DNA from: Eledone cirrhosa
Lineage: Eukaryota
Assembly: GCA_964016885.1 (NCBI GenBank)
Contig: OZ024741.1
Span: forward strand, 81,592,001 to 81,656,000
Reading direction: 5' to 3'
DNA length: 64,000 nt
A program made the position numbers and the translations under genes. Of the stretch, positions 62,421-64,000 are shown piece after piece. Position 1 is the stretch's first letter, and each line of letters starts with the position of its first letter. A model generated the notes under the pieces. That model was not told the DNA's origin, searched no databases, and saw only the letters and a list, made by a program, of their open reading frames with translations.

Positions 62421-64000
62421 CAGTCCGTAAGGTGGAAACTGTTGACAAGCGTTATGTCTGAGGAAATCTATCATCACCTCCACACAAACAACTTGTTACC
62501 GGACGAACAGAAGTACAAAGGACCAGTTACTTATTGATAAGATGGTAATGAGGAATTGCAAGAGGAGACACACTGGTCTTGCCATGGGATGGATAGACTA
62601 CAAAAAGGCATTTGACATGGTGCCTCATTCTTGGATCACCAAAATCCTGGAGATCTTCAAGGTGGCAGATAACATCAGACAGTTGTTGGGCAAAAGTATG
62701 AAGTCCTGGGAAACAGAGTTAACATCAACTGGAGAATCCTTGGGAAGCGTGAAGATCAAGAGGGGTATCTTCCAGGGAGATAGTCTGTCCCCTGGAAGAT
62801 TGTCTGTCCCCTGTTGTTTGTCCTGTTGTTTGTCCTTGCCCTGATGCCCCTGACCAGTGTACTGCGAAAAGTGAGAGCAGGATACAGGTTGGGAAAGGGA
62901 GGGCTTACCATCAATCACCTCCTCTTCATGGAGAATCTTAAGCTCTTCGGGAAGAGTGAGAAGGAGTTGGATGTGCTTGTTGACACTGTCCGTATTTTCA
63001 GCAATGATATATGTATGCAATTTGGTATTAGTAAGTGTGGAGTCATTGTGATGAAGAGGGGTAAGTTGAGCAGAAGTAACGGAATCCAGGTAACAACAGG
63101 TGAGATGATAAAGGAAATTGACTCTGAAGAAGGATACAAGTATTTGGATGTTCTGGAGGCTGATGACACCAAGAACAAAAAAATGAAGGAATTGATAAGA
63201 ACTGAATACATTCGGAGAGTAAGGAGCGTATTAAAGTCACATCTGAACAGTAGGAATGCCATAAGTGCAGTAAATTCCCGAGCTGTGTCTATTATTAGGT
63301 ACAGTGCGGGAATTCTGAGATGGAATGTTGCTGAACAAAAAGAAATGGATAGGAAGACTAGGAAGCTATTGACTATCTACAACATGTTCCACAAGAGGAG
63401 TGATGTCAATAGACTCTACTTAAGGAGATCTGAAGGTGGAAGAGGTCTTATCAGCATAGAGGACTGTGTTCAGATGGAGAAAAAGAACCTACACAAATAC
63501 GTGACTGATAGTAAGGGGCCAATGCTCAGAACTGTACTGAAGGAGGGGACAATAGGCCAGAGGATGTCCAAGGAGGAAATAACATCAAGGAGAAAGAGCA
63601 GCCTTCAGGAAAAATCCCTTCATAGTACCTTCTTTGAGAAAACTGAATTTAGAGATCCACAGACATGGAACTGGTTGAAAAGAGGAGACCTTAAAAAGGC
63701 TACAGAAGGAATGTTAATGGCTGCGCTGGAGCAGGCCCTCAAAACGAAGTGGTTGAAACACCACATTTACAAGGAGGAGGCTAGCCCACTGTGCAGGATC
63801 TGTGGAGAGAGAGAGGAGACTGTGGCTCACATTGTATCCGAGTGTAAACACCTAGCCCAGACTCACTATAAGGGCTGGAGACATGATGTGATGGGCAGGG
63901 TGATCCACTGGCACCTATGCAAAGTAAACAATTTACCACATTCTGAGAAGTGGTATGAGCATAAGCCAGAGGCGGTGATAGAAAACGATCAGGTGAAGGT
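62421..64000 (+). pseudogene. 5'-truncated R4/Dong-type LINE (different subfamily), runs off the window
   Basis: Starts after (AAT)n; WIDYKKAFDMVPHSW, GIFQGDSLSP, CRICGEREETVAHIVSEC, RHD. Confidence 0.88.

Overview
AT-rich animal genomic DNA, probably an octopus or other cephalopod (inferred from the SINE and microsatellite landscape). I found no supportable host protein-coding exon. Nearly all short ORFs in the track are translations of (TA)n, (CA)n, (TATG)n, (TAA)n or (CTT)n repeats. The window is a dense nest of transposable elements: three Penelope-like element (PLE) coding remnants (Neptune-type, Naiad-type, Neptune/Nematis-type), a nearly intact R4/Dong-type RLE LINE plus four fragments, a full-length decayed Tx1/L1-clade LINE, RTE fragments, an internally deleted mariner, MITEs, a Helentron-like element and many tRNA-derived SINEs. 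Main hidden signal: about 19 hand-folded type I hammerhead ribozyme motifs, plus several decayed ones. They sit in short non-coding cassettes between (TA)n tracts, often as fold-back or tandem-plus-inverted copies (PLE pLTR/retrozyme-like), and include a recurring family with a compensatory U3-A8 core. Second signal: the dominant SINE shares its 3' tail with the Tx1-like LINE, and retroelement classes sort by microsatellite type. All RNA structures were folded by eye and no database search was run.
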